Source: a virus
Reading direction: 5' to 3' (one strand)
IMG/VR virus record: IMGVR_UViG_3300044641_005643
DNA: 64,000 nucleotides
The position numbers and the translations under genes were made by a program. This document shows, one piece after another, positions 1 to 9,784 of the stretch. A model generated the notes under the pieces. The model did no database searches and was not told the DNA's origin. It saw only the letters and a list, made by a program, of their open reading frames with translations. How positions within the stretch are numbered: the stretch's first letter is position 1; each line of letters begins with the position of its first letter.

Positions 1-28
1 ATACTGCCATTATAACCGGAGTTTAATC

Positions 29-472
29 ATGAAAGAAAAATTTAAACAGGCATACATGCAAACTGCACAAACTTTTGCAGAATTAAGTCACGCTCGTAGA
101 TTAAAAGTGGGCTGTATTATAGTCAAGGATGATAGGATAATCAGTATTGGTTACAACGGAATGCCAGCCGGCTGGGATAACAACTGCGAACACGAAATGA
201 AATGGCCCAACGGCGAGATTAGATTTTTACAGACCAAAGAAGAAGTGTTGCATGCAGAATCAAATGCGATTGCTAAATTGGCCCGTTCTGTAGAAAGCGG
301 AGAAGGTGCAAGTTTATTTGTAACGCATAGTCCTTGTTTGGATTGTGCTAAACTTATCTATCAGGCAGGAATTAAAAATGTGTATTATCTAAACGATTAT
401 AGAGATGATACCGGTATTCAATTTTTAATCAAATCTACAATACAAGTTGAGAAAATGCAGAATCAAGATTAA
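29..472 (+). CDS. dCMP deaminase
   Basis: HAESNAI and SPCLDC zinc motifs, GYNG motif. Confidence 0.93.
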   Translation: MKEKFKQAYMQTAQTFAELSHARRLKVGCIIVKDDRIISIGYNGMPAGWDNNCEHEMKWPNGEIRFLQTKEEVLHAESNAIAKLARSVESGEGASLFVTHSPCLDCAKLIYQAGIKNVYYLNDYRDDTGIQFLIKSTIQVEKMQNQD

Positions 473-1601
473 TTGTTAGCTCAGTCCAAACATCGTTGAT
501 AAATTGTTTTGAATAAAATCTGTTAAAGTTGTGTTCTAAGGTATCTTCCATTTCTAACATTAAGTCAGACAAGTCGTGATGTGAAAGCTTACAAATATTT
601 TCGACGATATCACATACTTTTGATAAACGTTGTATAGGATCTTTGCATTGGTCATAGCTTTCGTCCCACCATTTGTCAAAAGTTTTGAATCCATATTCTT
701 TTAGATAAGATAAATTTCCTTCTGAACCTAGCAAAACAAAAGGCTGTTTTAGAACTATTGGTTTAAATATTTTTTCAGTTAAATGTTTTTTTTGGTCCCA
801 AAAACAAGTTTCAGTAACTACATGTAAAAAACTTGATATTGACATAGATATAGGACCTACAGTAAAACTGTCATTTGTTATTTGTTCATTTATAGATCCG
901 TCAATTCTAAGATCTGTGGCCAAGTGGTGCTCTATTAGATTATAAGATTCTTTTAAAAATTCGTTTGATACTCCATACTCTTTTGCATAAAGTAAATTTT
1001 TTTTCAAACTTCCATGAACCGGACAGTTTTTGCTATAACTGATCATTCCATCGTGCAAAATATTTCTACGAATTAATTCTGCTATCAGTAAAGATCTATA
1101 CACTCTACTGTTTCCTGTAATTCTATTAAAACTAATGTATTTTTTTTCAAAACGTCTTTGTTTAATAGGAGTAATTTTAAAATCGTATTCATATCCCCTA
1201 TACCAATCAGAGGCAGCTAATGCATGATAAAAATAATAACAGTCAATAAACGGAAATTCTTTTAATATCTTTTCTTTCTCTATGCTATCTTTTTCTGTGT
1301 TTAACAATATAATAGGGGTCAATTTAAGATCATATTTTTCCCAATTTACTTGTATTAATGGTAAAATATCAAATGATGCCTTTAAATTCACATCTGTAAA
1401 TAAAAATTTGTTATAATGATGAATTAAAGGTTCTTGATCATAACAAAACAAAACTGGACCAGGTTTGTCGTTAGTTCTCAATATTTCTACATTCTGTACA
1501 AGTGTTGCACCAAATGGGAATAGATATTTGACAGTTGGATTTTCTAAATGTAGCCTTGCGTACGAGTAAATATTTTCGTAATGACTATGAATATTATACA
1601 T
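435..1601 (-). CDS. glycosyltransferase-like protein (GT10/fucosyltransferase-like C-terminus)
   Basis: VVTET...HLTEKIFKPI...GFKTFDKWWDESYD motif; paralog of 28165-29151. Confidence 0.5.
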   Translation of the reverse strand: MYNIHSHYENIYSYARLHLENPTVKYLFPFGATLVQNVEILRTNDKPGPVLFCYDQEPLIHHYNKFLFTDVNLKASFDILPLIQVNWEKYDLKLTPIILLNTEKDSIEKEKILKEFPFIDCYYFYHALAASDWYRGYEYDFKITPIKQRRFEKKYISFNRITGNSRVYRSLLIAELIRRNILHDGMISYSKNCPVHGSLKKNLLYAKEYGVSNEFLKESYNLIEHHLATDLRIDGSINEQITNDSFTVGPISMSISSFLHVVTETCFWDQKKHLTEKIFKPIVLKQPFVLLGSEGNLSYLKEYGFKTFDKWWDESYDQCKDPIQRLSKVCDIVENICKLSHHDLSDLMLEMEDTLEHNFNRFYSKQFINDVWTELTINLDSAFSQLVL

Positions 1602-3423
1602 GCTTGATATTTTTTATTTAGGTTCAAAACCAAATCTTTTTGCGTTCGAAAAAGAAGCAGAGAGTATTTTTGCTGCTGCTAGGTATAGTAAAACAAAGTT
1701 TTACTGGTTTATTTATGGTTCCAATGATTACAGCAATTTTGATTTTGATTGGCGGCCTGCTCCTTGGGAACAACATCACATACACTGTTTTGGAACCCAA
1801 TGGCAGAGAACAGGTGGGGCTTATCTAGTTAATAAAGATACTGTGCATAATAAAGAATGGCATTTTAGAACAGAGCAAAAAGTCACACGCTGTGTTGAGA
1901 AATCTCGTTGGATCATACCTGACAATGTTGATGACTCGGGATTTGATTATAGTTGGCACCCAGATGAGTTAGAACCAGATTATGAATATCATTTTGCTAC
2001 CAATTGGCAACGCGACGGTGGTCCTATATATCCGGGAACGGCCGGAATAAAATATGTTGGCAGTCAAAAGATTCGTGCCAACGCAACTCAAATATTCTAC
2101 ATGGATTTCCTTAATGCCGAAAGCCAATCACAATATTCTAATCTGCAAAAAACATTTCCAGATATTAAACTTACTCGTTACGTTGATAATCACTTGAATG
2201 TTTTTAAGCGTATAGTAAATCTTGCTTCTACAGAATTCATATGGATTACCAGTAGTATTTGTGATTACAGCAAGTTTGATTTTACATGGCATCCTGATCC
2301 TTCGCAGCGAGAAATGGTGCATGTGTTTGCCAGCGGAACACAACGTAGAGGTGATACATTTTACATACATGTTGAATCATTCAAGCAACAATTGTATGAA
2401 TTGGAATTGTTAGATTGGTTCAATGTTATCAACTACTCTACAGATCAAACAGTTAATAGATTTCGAGAACCTACTGTTGTGTACGAAGGTGACACTATCG
2501 TTGATGCAGTCAAAAATTATCAATTTGATTTTCCTTATGCTACATTTATCAACAGCAATGAATTCGTATATCGGGAAGAAACTATTTGTTTATGGTCTGC
2601 AAAGGATAGAGTAGCCGTACCTATCACCTGTAATGCATCCACATCTGTAATTCCTAGAGATGCAAAAAGTTATGTGAAAACACAAATATATGATTATCCT
2701 TATATCGTAAAAGATACAAAAAAAACACCAAACAAACCTTTAGACATTGTGTTTATTAGTAACGGGGAACCAGATGAAGAATTGATGTTTCATCATACAG
2801 AATACATGACCAACAGTGATGTAAAATGGATCCGTGGTATAAATGGTCGCGTGGCAGCTTATCAAGCAGCAGCAAGAGCAAGCACAACACCTTGGTTCTT
2901 TGCTGTTTGGGCAAAACTTGAAGTAAGTGGAGGATCGTTTCCTTGGCGCGAGTGGCAACCAGATCTTTGGCAACAGCCTAAACATTACATATTTAATGCC
3001 AAAAATCCTGTAAATGGTCTGGAATATGGTCATCAAGGTATGGTAGCATATAATAAAAAATTAGTGCTAGAAAACAATAATCCAGGTATTGATTTTACGT
3101 TAAGCCAACCCCATGAATCTGTGCCGTTGCTTAGTGGAGTAGCAAGATTTAATCAAAATGCATGGATGACCTGGCGTACTGCATTTAGAGAAGTTCTCAA
3201 ACTAAAACATTTTATGGTTACTCAACCTACACTAGAAACCGAGTATAGATTAGATGTTTGGCCAAAAGTTGCAAATGGAGACTATGCCGAATGGTGTCTG
3301 CGAGGTGCTGCTGATGCCGAGATTTATTATAACGAAGTGAACGGCAATTATGACAAACTTATGTTGAGTTTTGAATGGGCATGGCTAAAAGACAAGTTTA
3401 ATTATCTATATAAAAACAACTGA
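1600..3423 (+). CDS. multi-repeat glycosyltransferase-like (GT-A) phage protein
   Basis: Repeated FDF/YxWxP...H.F units; C-terminal DIVFISNGEP...NPVNGLEYGHQG...WRTAFRE domain. Confidence 0.5.
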   Translation: MLDIFYLGSKPNLFAFEKEAESIFAAARYSKTKFYWFIYGSNDYSNFDFDWRPAPWEQHHIHCFGTQWQRTGGAYLVNKDTVHNKEWHFRTEQKVTRCVEKSRWIIPDNVDDSGFDYSWHPDELEPDYEYHFATNWQRDGGPIYPGTAGIKYVGSQKIRANATQIFYMDFLNAESQSQYSNLQKTFPDIKLTRYVDNHLNVFKRIVNLASTEFIWITSSICDYSKFDFTWHPDPSQREMVHVFASGTQRRGDTFYIHVESFKQQLYELELLDWFNVINYSTDQTVNRFREPTVVYEGDTIVDAVKNYQFDFPYATFINSNEFVYREETICLWSAKDRVAVPITCNASTSVIPRDAKSYVKTQIYDYPYIVKDTKKTPNKPLDIVFISNGEPDEELMFHHTEYMTNSDVKWIRGINGRVAAYQAAARASTTPWFFAVWAKLEVSGGSFPWREWQPDLWQQPKHYIFNAKNPVNGLEYGHQGMVAYNKKLVLENNNPGIDFTLSQPHESVPLLSGVARFNQNAWMTWRTAFREVLKLKHFMVTQPTLETEYRLDVWPKVANGDYAEWCLRGAADAEIYYNEVNGNYDKLMLSFEWAWLKDKFNYLYKNN

Positions 3424-3430
3424 GTGTGCT

Positions 3431-4408
3431 TTAATTATTTCCTAATTTGTTTTGCCAGTAATAAGAAGATCGAAACCACTCGTGATATTTTACGAATCCT
3501 TCTTCCACATTGGTGGTTGGAGCATACCCAAAGTCTTTGACTGCACGATCAATGTTCAATCTACCACGCTTGGGAAAGGCCAAGTCTCTATCTTCTATCT
3601 GTAGGCTACCTTGGCCAGCTATGTTTATTGCCAGTTCAGCTGCATCTTTTAAAGTGTATTGCTGCTCTGCACTGCGAGTGATATTGTAAATCTTGTTGGC
3701 ACTGTTTGCGCTTATGGTGGCCTGAACAATGCCCATGGCAGCATCTTGCACATAGGTAAAGTCCAACACTTCGTTGGCGCCTTTTACTCGTAACACATCA
3801 CCGCGCATAGCCGCTAACATAAACTTGCTGACCACTCGATCTTCTACGTCTAATTCACCATATACTGCACTGGGGCGAATGATCACCGATTCAAATCCGT
3901 ACTGGCGGGCGTAGTCTTCCACTAGTTTTTCGCCCATGTACTTCATGATGCCGTATTGACCAATTGGCCTACAGATAGCATCTTCATTCACATCTGACTC
4001 AAAGTCTCCGTACACCATGCTGGAGCTGATATATACAAATCTTTTGATCCTGTTAAATCTAGCTGCTTCCAATAGATTGATTAGACCGGTTGCCATAACT
4101 TCACTGGCAACCACAGGATTTTGACTGACAACTTTTTGTCTTGGAAAACTGGCCAGATGAACAACGGTGTCGCAGTTAAAGATGCCTATTCTGGTTCTTA
4201 AGTCGTCGGTGTTTCTGATATCAGCCACAAGCGGCACTGCACGTATTCTTTTAAATCTTTCTTTTAAAAGATAATCCAGTTCTGCCTGCGGCACAAAGCC
4301 GTATGTGGTTCTATTGTCAATACCAAAACATTCAATGCCACGTTGCTCAAAAAAACGCACAACATTGTGGCCAATGAATCCACCAGCACCTGTTATAAAT
4401 ATTTTCAT
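3431..4408 (-). CDS. NAD-dependent epimerase/dehydratase (extended SDR)
   Basis: ITGAGGFIG, SSSMVYG, YGIMK (YxxxK). Confidence 0.9.
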   Translation of the reverse strand: MKIFITGAGGFIGHNVVRFFEQRGIECFGIDNRTTYGFVPQAELDYLLKERFKRIRAVPLVADIRNTDDLRTRIGIFNCDTVVHLASFPRQKVVSQNPVVASEVMATGLINLLEAARFNRIKRFVYISSSMVYGDFESDVNEDAICRPIGQYGIMKYMGEKLVEDYARQYGFESVIIRPSAVYGELDVEDRVVSKFMLAAMRGDVLRVKGANEVLDFTYVQDAAMGIVQATISANSANKIYNITRSAEQQYTLKDAAELAINIAGQGSLQIEDRDLAFPKRGRLNIDRAVKDFGYAPTTNVEEGFVKYHEWFRSSYYWQNKLGNN

Positions 4409-4635
4409 TGATATTTTAGTCTAAAATAAGTCGCTGCTTCAGGACTGAGCTTGCCTGTAATCACAACACGATAGCCCATTGTAGTTGGATCTGGTGTGAC
4501 ATGAAACACGGGTTGTTCTGTGACATTTGCCATCACCCACTTACCATGTTCGGTCTGTTGCCATTCGCCTATAGGGAATCCTGCATACAGATAAGGATCC
4601 TCCACATCAGGCATGTTAAATTCATGCAGTATCAT
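4405..4635 (-). CDS. hypothetical protein
   Basis: ORF translationally coupled to both neighbours. Confidence 0.7.
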   Translation of the reverse strand: MILHEFNMPDVEDPYLYAGFPIGEWQQTEHGKWVMANVTEQPVFHVTPDPTTMGYRVVITGKLSPEAATYFRLKYQ

Positions 4636-5549
4636 ACTGCCATTCGAGCCTTGATAGGTTCATGCGATTGATATCCGTCTAACACAATATCACCCATCGT
4701 AAATTCTGTAATTTCTTGTATGCCTGGACTTAATAGCAGTCGTGGAGCAGGTAATGGCTCACGCTTTAACTGTTCTTTTACCTGATCTACATGGTCCAGA
4801 TATATATGTGCATCGCCGAGTACATGAACAAACTCGCCTACATCGAGGCCGCACACATGAGCAATCATGTGTGTCAGCAAACTGTAGCTTGCTATGTTAA
4901 AAGGAACTCCCAAGAACATATCACAAGAACGCTGGTACATCTGGCACGACAACTTTCCATCTGCTACATAAAACTGTGCAAAACAATGACACGGCGGCAA
5001 AGCCATACGGTCCAGCTCTCCGGGGTTCCATGCAGTCAGTATTTGCCTACGACCGTAGGGATCAGATCGAATACCGTCAATCAACTGTTTTAGTTGATCC
5101 ACTTCTCGTACTTCAACATCGTTGCCTTGCCTGCGATATGCAACACCAAAGTCATCTCTAAACGTACCACCAGCAGCTCTGGGTTTAACAGTACGCCACC
5201 GACGCCATTGCACACCATACACACGACCAAGGTCGCCTTCAAATTTAGCACGAGGCCGCCAATAAGGAGCCATTGCATTTGGAGTCCAGATAGTTACCAC
5301 GCCGTCTCGAGTGCCGTGAGTAATTTCTGCGAGCCTACGCTCATCTCCGGATCCTTCAATCATCCACAACAGTTCGCCTACCACACTCTTCCAGGCAAGT
5401 TTTTTTGTAGTAACAGCTGGGAAACCTTGGCTCAAATCATATCGTTGTTGCATACCAAATTTGCTTATGGTGCCTACACCCGTACGATCATCTCTGCGTG
5501 TGCCTGTTTCTAATACATCACGTAAGGCCGTTAAATATTGTTGTTCCAT
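4632..5549 (-). CDS. thyA: thymidylate synthase
   Basis: DRTGVGT, LPPCH, YQRSCDMFLGVPFNIASY, GDAHIY. Confidence 0.97.
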   Translation of the reverse strand: MEQQYLTALRDVLETGTRRDDRTGVGTISKFGMQQRYDLSQGFPAVTTKKLAWKSVVGELLWMIEGSGDERRLAEITHGTRDGVVTIWTPNAMAPYWRPRAKFEGDLGRVYGVQWRRWRTVKPRAAGGTFRDDFGVAYRRQGNDVEVREVDQLKQLIDGIRSDPYGRRQILTAWNPGELDRMALPPCHCFAQFYVADGKLSCQMYQRSCDMFLGVPFNIASYSLLTHMIAHVCGLDVGEFVHVLGDAHIYLDHVDQVKEQLKREPLPAPRLLLSPGIQEITEFTMGDIVLDGYQSHEPIKARMAV

Positions 5550-6056
5550 TTATAAAGGTCTAAAAATATCTACGTTTTTGTAGATACTAAAGTTTAACAT
5601 TTTATCTGCGCTAGGTCTAGAACTAGTAATCCGCATACCAGTCATAAATGCCCGCATATCTATTCTAACATCACTGAATGCGGCACCTTTCCTGTGCGTA
5701 ACATATGCGTAATCTATAAGGTCCTTGCATTCCATAATAATGTCCGGACCGCCAATGATAAAAACATTTTTGTTTGGATAAAGAGTCTGTAGTGCTCGAA
5801 TCTGCGTTTTATAATCACCTGACAATCTTCTAACAGTATTATAGCCCAGTGGTTTGTTTGATATAACACAGTTGATCCTGTCCGGTAAGGGCTTTTTCAT
5901 TTTGGGATCGTTCCAGGTGTTACGGCCCATGACCACAATTTGATTTAGGGTATGTTCGCGGAACCAGGCCATGTCTTCCTGATCGATAGGCCAAGGCAAA
6001 GTTCCACGATTACCAAATGTGCCCACTTGGTCGGTGGCAAAAATTGTACAAATCAT
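5550..6056 (-). CDS. folA: dihydrofolate reductase
   Basis: LPWP...DM..FR, VVMGRNTW, PLPDRIN, IIGG; adjacent to thyA. Confidence 0.92.
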   Translation of the reverse strand: MICTIFATDQVGTFGNRGTLPWPIDQEDMAWFREHTLNQIVVMGRNTWNDPKMKKPLPDRINCVISNKPLGYNTVRRLSGDYKTQIRALQTLYPNKNVFIIGGPDIIMECKDLIDYAYVTHRKGAAFSDVRIDMRAFMTGMRITSSRPSADKMLNFSIYKNVDIFRPL

Positions 6057-6388
6057 AAGTTTTTCAGTAGTTCGTCGGTGGCAGGTTGCACTGCCTTTTG
6101 CACTGCTGCCACACTGATATAAAAATCAATGTCTTCAATTATATAGTCTAGAGCGGTGAGTTTGGTTTTCAACATTTTTTCAAGAACGTCTGGATCATTA
6201 CCTTCGTCTAACAGTTCTTTGATATTGATATTTACGATAGTGCCGTCTGTTAAATTAACTGACACACTTTCTAGTAGACCAATGGGAATCTCTTTTTTCT
6301 CTACCGATTTTAAAATTGATTCCCATTGTGTTTTGCTGTTTAAGTTAAGCCGCTTGCTTTTTTGTTTTTTTGGTTTCTGTTCCGACAT
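6053..6388 (-). CDS. hypothetical protein
   Basis: ORF in operon. Confidence 0.7.
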   Translation of the reverse strand: MSEQKPKKQKSKRLNLNSKTQWESILKSVEKKEIPIGLLESVSVNLTDGTIVNINIKELLDEGNDPDVLEKMLKTKLTALDYIIEDIDFYISVAAVQKAVQPATDELLKNL

Positions 6389-7019
6389 TATCGACCTTTG
6401 GACTTAGACTTTGTGCTTCTGCTTTCAATCTTTCTGCTTCAGCCAACAACTGTTTGGCACTGGCTTCCATTTTTTGTGCCTGTTCTAAACGTTGTGAGGC
6501 CAAGTCTGAATCCGAAAGCATGCCGGACAACATGTCAGCTGCACTGGTATTGCCCTGTGCTTCTCGGGTACGACGTTCGCCAACTTCTTGGATTTCTGCA
6601 CGCCGTGGTTTTTGTTTGCCGGTCATGCCGCGACTGGCATCAATTTCTTGTAGTTTTTTGACAGCTTCTTCGCCTTTTTGCATCTCGTCCAAGATGTCGT
6701 TTAGTTCATCAAGGCGAACACTCGAATTTGATGTTGGAGTAACTAGAACTTGATTGGTAGGTACTTTCTTCATCAATCCGTTACGATGCAGACTTTCTAA
6801 ACAGTTATGTCCATCGGCCATGATTGTTCTGAATAGTACATCACTCAACTCTCTTGCTTCTTGACCCTGCGGACTTTCTAGTGCTCGCATGATTTCGTCG
6901 TGAATCATTCTTGGCAATAAGTCGCTGTAAACTACCAGTGCCATGTGATCTAGTTCGGGGATTTTTCTAAAGACAATGACACATCTCTTGTCGTTGTGTT
7001 TGCCGACATGTTTTAACAT
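6345..7019 (-). CDS. hypothetical protein (coiled-coil C-terminus)
   Basis: AGGAG SD upstream, 224 aa. Confidence 0.8.
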   Translation of the reverse strand: MLKHVGKHNDKRCVIVFRKIPELDHMALVVYSDLLPRMIHDEIMRALESPQGQEARELSDVLFRTIMADGHNCLESLHRNGLMKKVPTNQVLVTPTSNSSVRLDELNDILDEMQKGEEAVKKLQEIDASRGMTGKQKPRRAEIQEVGERRTREAQGNTSAADMLSGMLSDSDLASQRLEQAQKMEASAKQLLAEAERLKAEAQSLSPKVDNVGTETKKTKKQAA

Positions 7020-7037
7020 AAAGTTTCTCCTTGATTT

Positions 7038-7259
7038 TTATACAGATTGTTCTGCGGGCTGTTCAGCGGGTGCTGATTTATTTATGGCGCCGCTGGCTTC
7101 TAAAAATTTATAAAGACGGTCATAAACTGTGCCAACAGCACTGAGTTCGTCGGCTTTGATAGCGCCGCGTTCGCTGGTTACTCGAATCAGATTTAGCAAT
7201 AATACTAGATCCGATAGAGCTAGATTTGGTTGTTCGGGTGTTTGAGGATTTTCGTCCAT
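7038..7259 (-). CDS. hypothetical protein
   Basis: GGAG SD upstream. Confidence 0.75.
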   Translation of the reverse strand: MDENPQTPEQPNLALSDLVLLLNLIRVTSERGAIKADELSAVGTVYDRLYKFLEASGAINKSAPAEQPAEQSV

Positions 7260-7260
7260 T

Positions 7261-7297
7261 TGTTCTCCATTAAAGTTACATATATTTAATGGAGACA
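7261..7297 (-). promoter_or_regulatory. SD-sequestering hairpin containing a TAAATA late-promoter motif
   Basis: Minus strand CTCCATTAAA-TATATGTAAC-TTTAATGGAG-AACAA-ATG; TAAATA at 7283-7288. Confidence 0.6.
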
Positions 7298-7314
7298 GGA
7301 TCTATTGAATTTTT

Positions 7315-7602
7315 TTATGTGTAGTAGGTTTGTTGGATTTGATCCAACATCAAAGAAAACATGCTGGCTTCACCGGCCAGTTCAAAGGCTGCACAAGCAG
7401 TCATGGCAATAGATCCACGTTCGGTTGGATAGTAAATGTCTCCAATCCAGAAACGACCTTCAAAGTTTTCCCAGATCCAATCGGTGATTTGTTTGTAGCT
7501 GTTGCGCAATTCAAATTTGACCTGTACAAAGTGCGGCGGACAGCGAGACAGTTCTCGCAGTCCATGTACAGTTAAAGGATTGGCTTCGCCGTTACGTAAC
7601 AT
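7315..7602 (-). CDS. hypothetical protein
   Basis: ORF in operon. Confidence 0.7.
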   Translation of the reverse strand: MLRNGEANPLTVHGLRELSRCPPHFVQVKFELRNSYKQITDWIWENFEGRFWIGDIYYPTERGSIAMTACAAFELAGEASMFSLMLDQIQQTYYT

Positions 7603-7879
7603 TCTTATTGCTCTCAGCGTCGTCGGTTACCACCAGGATCTTTTGTTGATCCGCACTCACACTACTGTCAGGGCGTACCATACGATCCTTCAAGAAATCG
7701 TTTGACTGATCAATCCAGGTGCTGAGAATTTCTCGTTGTCCAGTTACTTGTACAATTTCAGCTGCTCTAGTGATATCTTCGAGCGCATCTTCGGTCAATA
7801 ACAGTCGCTCTTGTAATTCATAGATTAGTTTTTTAATTTTTTTACTGGCTTTGATTTCATCAAATTTGACTGGTTCCAT
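7592..7879 (-). CDS. hypothetical protein
   Basis: Start moved to MEPVK (AAGGA SD). Confidence 0.7.
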   Translation of the reverse strand: MEPVKFDEIKASKKIKKLIYELQERLLLTEDALEDITRAAEIVQVTGQREILSTWIDQSNDFLKDRMVRPDSSVSADQQKILVVTDDAESNKNVT

Positions 7880-7889
7880 GAGCGTCCTT

Positions 7890-8108
7890 TTAAAGTTGTT
7901 GCTGCCAATTGAAACCAATATAGTATTCCATCAGTTTCTCCATGGCAGCTTTGTATTCACGATTGGCCACAAGATCTTGTTGTTTGTATTCGGGTAGTTC
8001 TTTTACAGACTCCAAGTTCTTAATATCCGAGCAAAGGGTTTTGTAATCTTGTAAAAGAATACTTTTTACAATACCATCAACTGCCTCTCCATTGAGTTCT
8101 ACAATCAT
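7890..8108 (-). CDS. hypothetical protein
   Basis: Start moved to MIVEL, overlapping the upstream stop. Confidence 0.65.
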   Translation of the reverse strand: MIVELNGEAVDGIVKSILLQDYKTLCSDIKNLESVKELPEYKQQDLVANREYKAAMEKLMEYYIGFNWQQQL

Positions 8109-9361
8109 TATCGTCCTTTCGCTGCTTCTTCGTAATGTGCCCAAATGCCCCAGGGTGGCTCACAACCAGGATTGCCTTTGATGATCCATACTGTTTCGCA
8201 GTAGTTCTCATCACCCCACGAATCACATGGCATGCCGTCTGTAAACATGATAAACTTCTTTGGCTCAATGTCCTCTTGCTTCATGAACTCCCAATTGACT
8301 TCGAAGTCGGTACCTCCGCCGCCCATGGGTTCGTAGTTCTCAATGTCTTCGATGTTGTCTGACGTGTAAGTCTTGACATTATAAACTTCTGTGTCAAAGC
8401 ACCACAAGGTGATCTTGTACTCGTCGAATGCCTCCATGATTCCGCGGATCTCTCCCAGGAACGCTTTGCTATCTTCTTCGTCAATGGATCCGGACTGGTC
8501 CATGGCAATACAGATGTCAATCATCTCTCCCGGCTTGAGACCAGGCAAGATAGCATCAATGTGCCAACCTCTACGGTTAGGACGATTGAATGTATAGTCG
8601 TTCTTGATTACACTGGTGATCTGTTGTTGTAGCAGTTCCTTCCAACCAATTACAGGTGCAGTAATGTCTTTGAGCAGTCGCTTGACACCTGCGGGCAAGT
8701 TGCCGGCACCTGCAGCCTGAGCCGCTGCGATCACAGCACCCTTGATCTCGTCGCGAATAGCTTGTGCTTCTTCTTTGCTCAATTTAGGCTTGCCGTTGCC
8801 TTCTTCATCATCACCGCCACCATCGCCATCTTCTTCAAGGTGATCATCAAGGATCATCTTCTCCAGTTGGCTGATGTCTATCTTGTCTGAATTTTCATAC
8901 AGGTAGTCATACACTTCTTCGTAACTCCAACCTTTAAACTTGGCATCAAACAAGATTGGCACTACACTGATCTTTTCACCGATCCGCTGTTCTACTAGAT
9001 CTTGATTAACACAGTAGTCGGCGGCAATGTTGCTCAGTCGCGGCATACGATCTCCGCGACGTCCCATGTGATCATAAACCGCATGCAGGATCTCGTGTCC
9101 GACAAGGAACTCGAGTTGTTTTAGCGGCATCTTGAACACAAACTCACTGTTGTAATAAAACTTGCGTCCGTCTGTGGCCGCGGTCGAACACCAAGTATCC
9201 GCATTGGTCAGCGTCATTCGAGTGGCCAATTGTCCAAAGAACGGAGCCTTTAACAGCAGGCCAATACGAGCAGTGGTCAGTTTTTCACGAGCCGCCGCAT
9301 CCGTTTTAGGATCAGTCACTGTGACTGCTTTTGCTTTGTCAATCGCTGTAGATTCTGCCAT
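8108..9361 (-). CDS. metallopeptidase-like + VWA domain protein (DUF2201-like)
   Basis: TAATDG, HEILH (HExxH), DQSGSI MIDAS motif, GGGTDF, FTDG. Confidence 0.85.
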   Translation of the reverse strand: MAESTAIDKAKAVTVTDPKTDAAAREKLTTARIGLLLKAPFFGQLATRMTLTNADTWCSTAATDGRKFYYNSEFVFKMPLKQLEFLVGHEILHAVYDHMGRRGDRMPRLSNIAADYCVNQDLVEQRIGEKISVVPILFDAKFKGWSYEEVYDYLYENSDKIDISQLEKMILDDHLEEDGDGGGDDEEGNGKPKLSKEEAQAIRDEIKGAVIAAAQAAGAGNLPAGVKRLLKDITAPVIGWKELLQQQITSVIKNDYTFNRPNRRGWHIDAILPGLKPGEMIDICIAMDQSGSIDEEDSKAFLGEIRGIMEAFDEYKITLWCFDTEVYNVKTYTSDNIEDIENYEPMGGGGTDFEVNWEFMKQEDIEPKKFIMFTDGMPCDSWGDENYCETVWIIKGNPGCEPPWGIWAHYEEAAKGR

Positions 9362-9384
9362 GGCCTCTCCTTAATTTGTAATAC

Positions 9385-9413
9385 ATTATAGCATGTTTTG
9401 GATTTATGGTCAA
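9385..9413 (-). promoter_or_regulatory. sigma70-like early promoter
   Basis: TTGACC-N17-TATAAT. Confidence 0.75.
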
Positions 9414-9727
9414 TTCCATTTCAACAACACATGGCTCAGCATTTCGTCATCCTTGATGTATATGTAGTTATTGTTGGGAAACTGTCTATCTATGTGCCAA
9501 CACCAAGGCGGGTCAAACGATCCGTGGTCTTTGAATCCCAATGCCGTGGCACTGTAGTAATCTCGTTCGCAGCTGGGTCCGTACAGTTCGGTCATCCAGA
9601 CTCGCAATTGATGAAACTGTCTGAATCTGTCGTGTTGGCTGGTGTATCTATCTTGAAAATACACTCGAGTCTTCCAGAACAAAGATCCATTGTATCTGCC
9701 ATCCAGTTTTTCTATCTTTAGTGTCAT
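9410..9727 (-). CDS. hypothetical protein
   Basis: ORF between the AAA and VWA genes. Confidence 0.7.
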   Translation of the reverse strand: MTLKIEKLDGRYNGSLFWKTRVYFQDRYTSQHDRFRQFHQLRVWMTELYGPSCERDYYSATALGFKDHGSFDPPWCWHIDRQFPNNNYIYIKDDEMLSHVLLKWN

Positions 9728-9731
9728 AACT

Positions 9732-9765
9732 AAAAGGAGGTCTTACGGACTAGGTCCAGCCTCCT
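9732..9765 (-). terminator. intrinsic terminator-like stem with an internal hairpin
   Basis: AGGAGG...CCTCCT followed by TTT; encloses GGAC-CTA-GTCC. Confidence 0.45.
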
Positions 9766-9784
9766 GCCTCACACGCGATGAAAC

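Noticed and set aside
4632-5549. thyA as a dCMP/dUMP hydroxymethylase for pyrimidine modification
   Set aside because: Canonical PFNIASY Asn and linkage to DHFR indicate an ordinary thymidylate synthase; the insertion is in a variable loop
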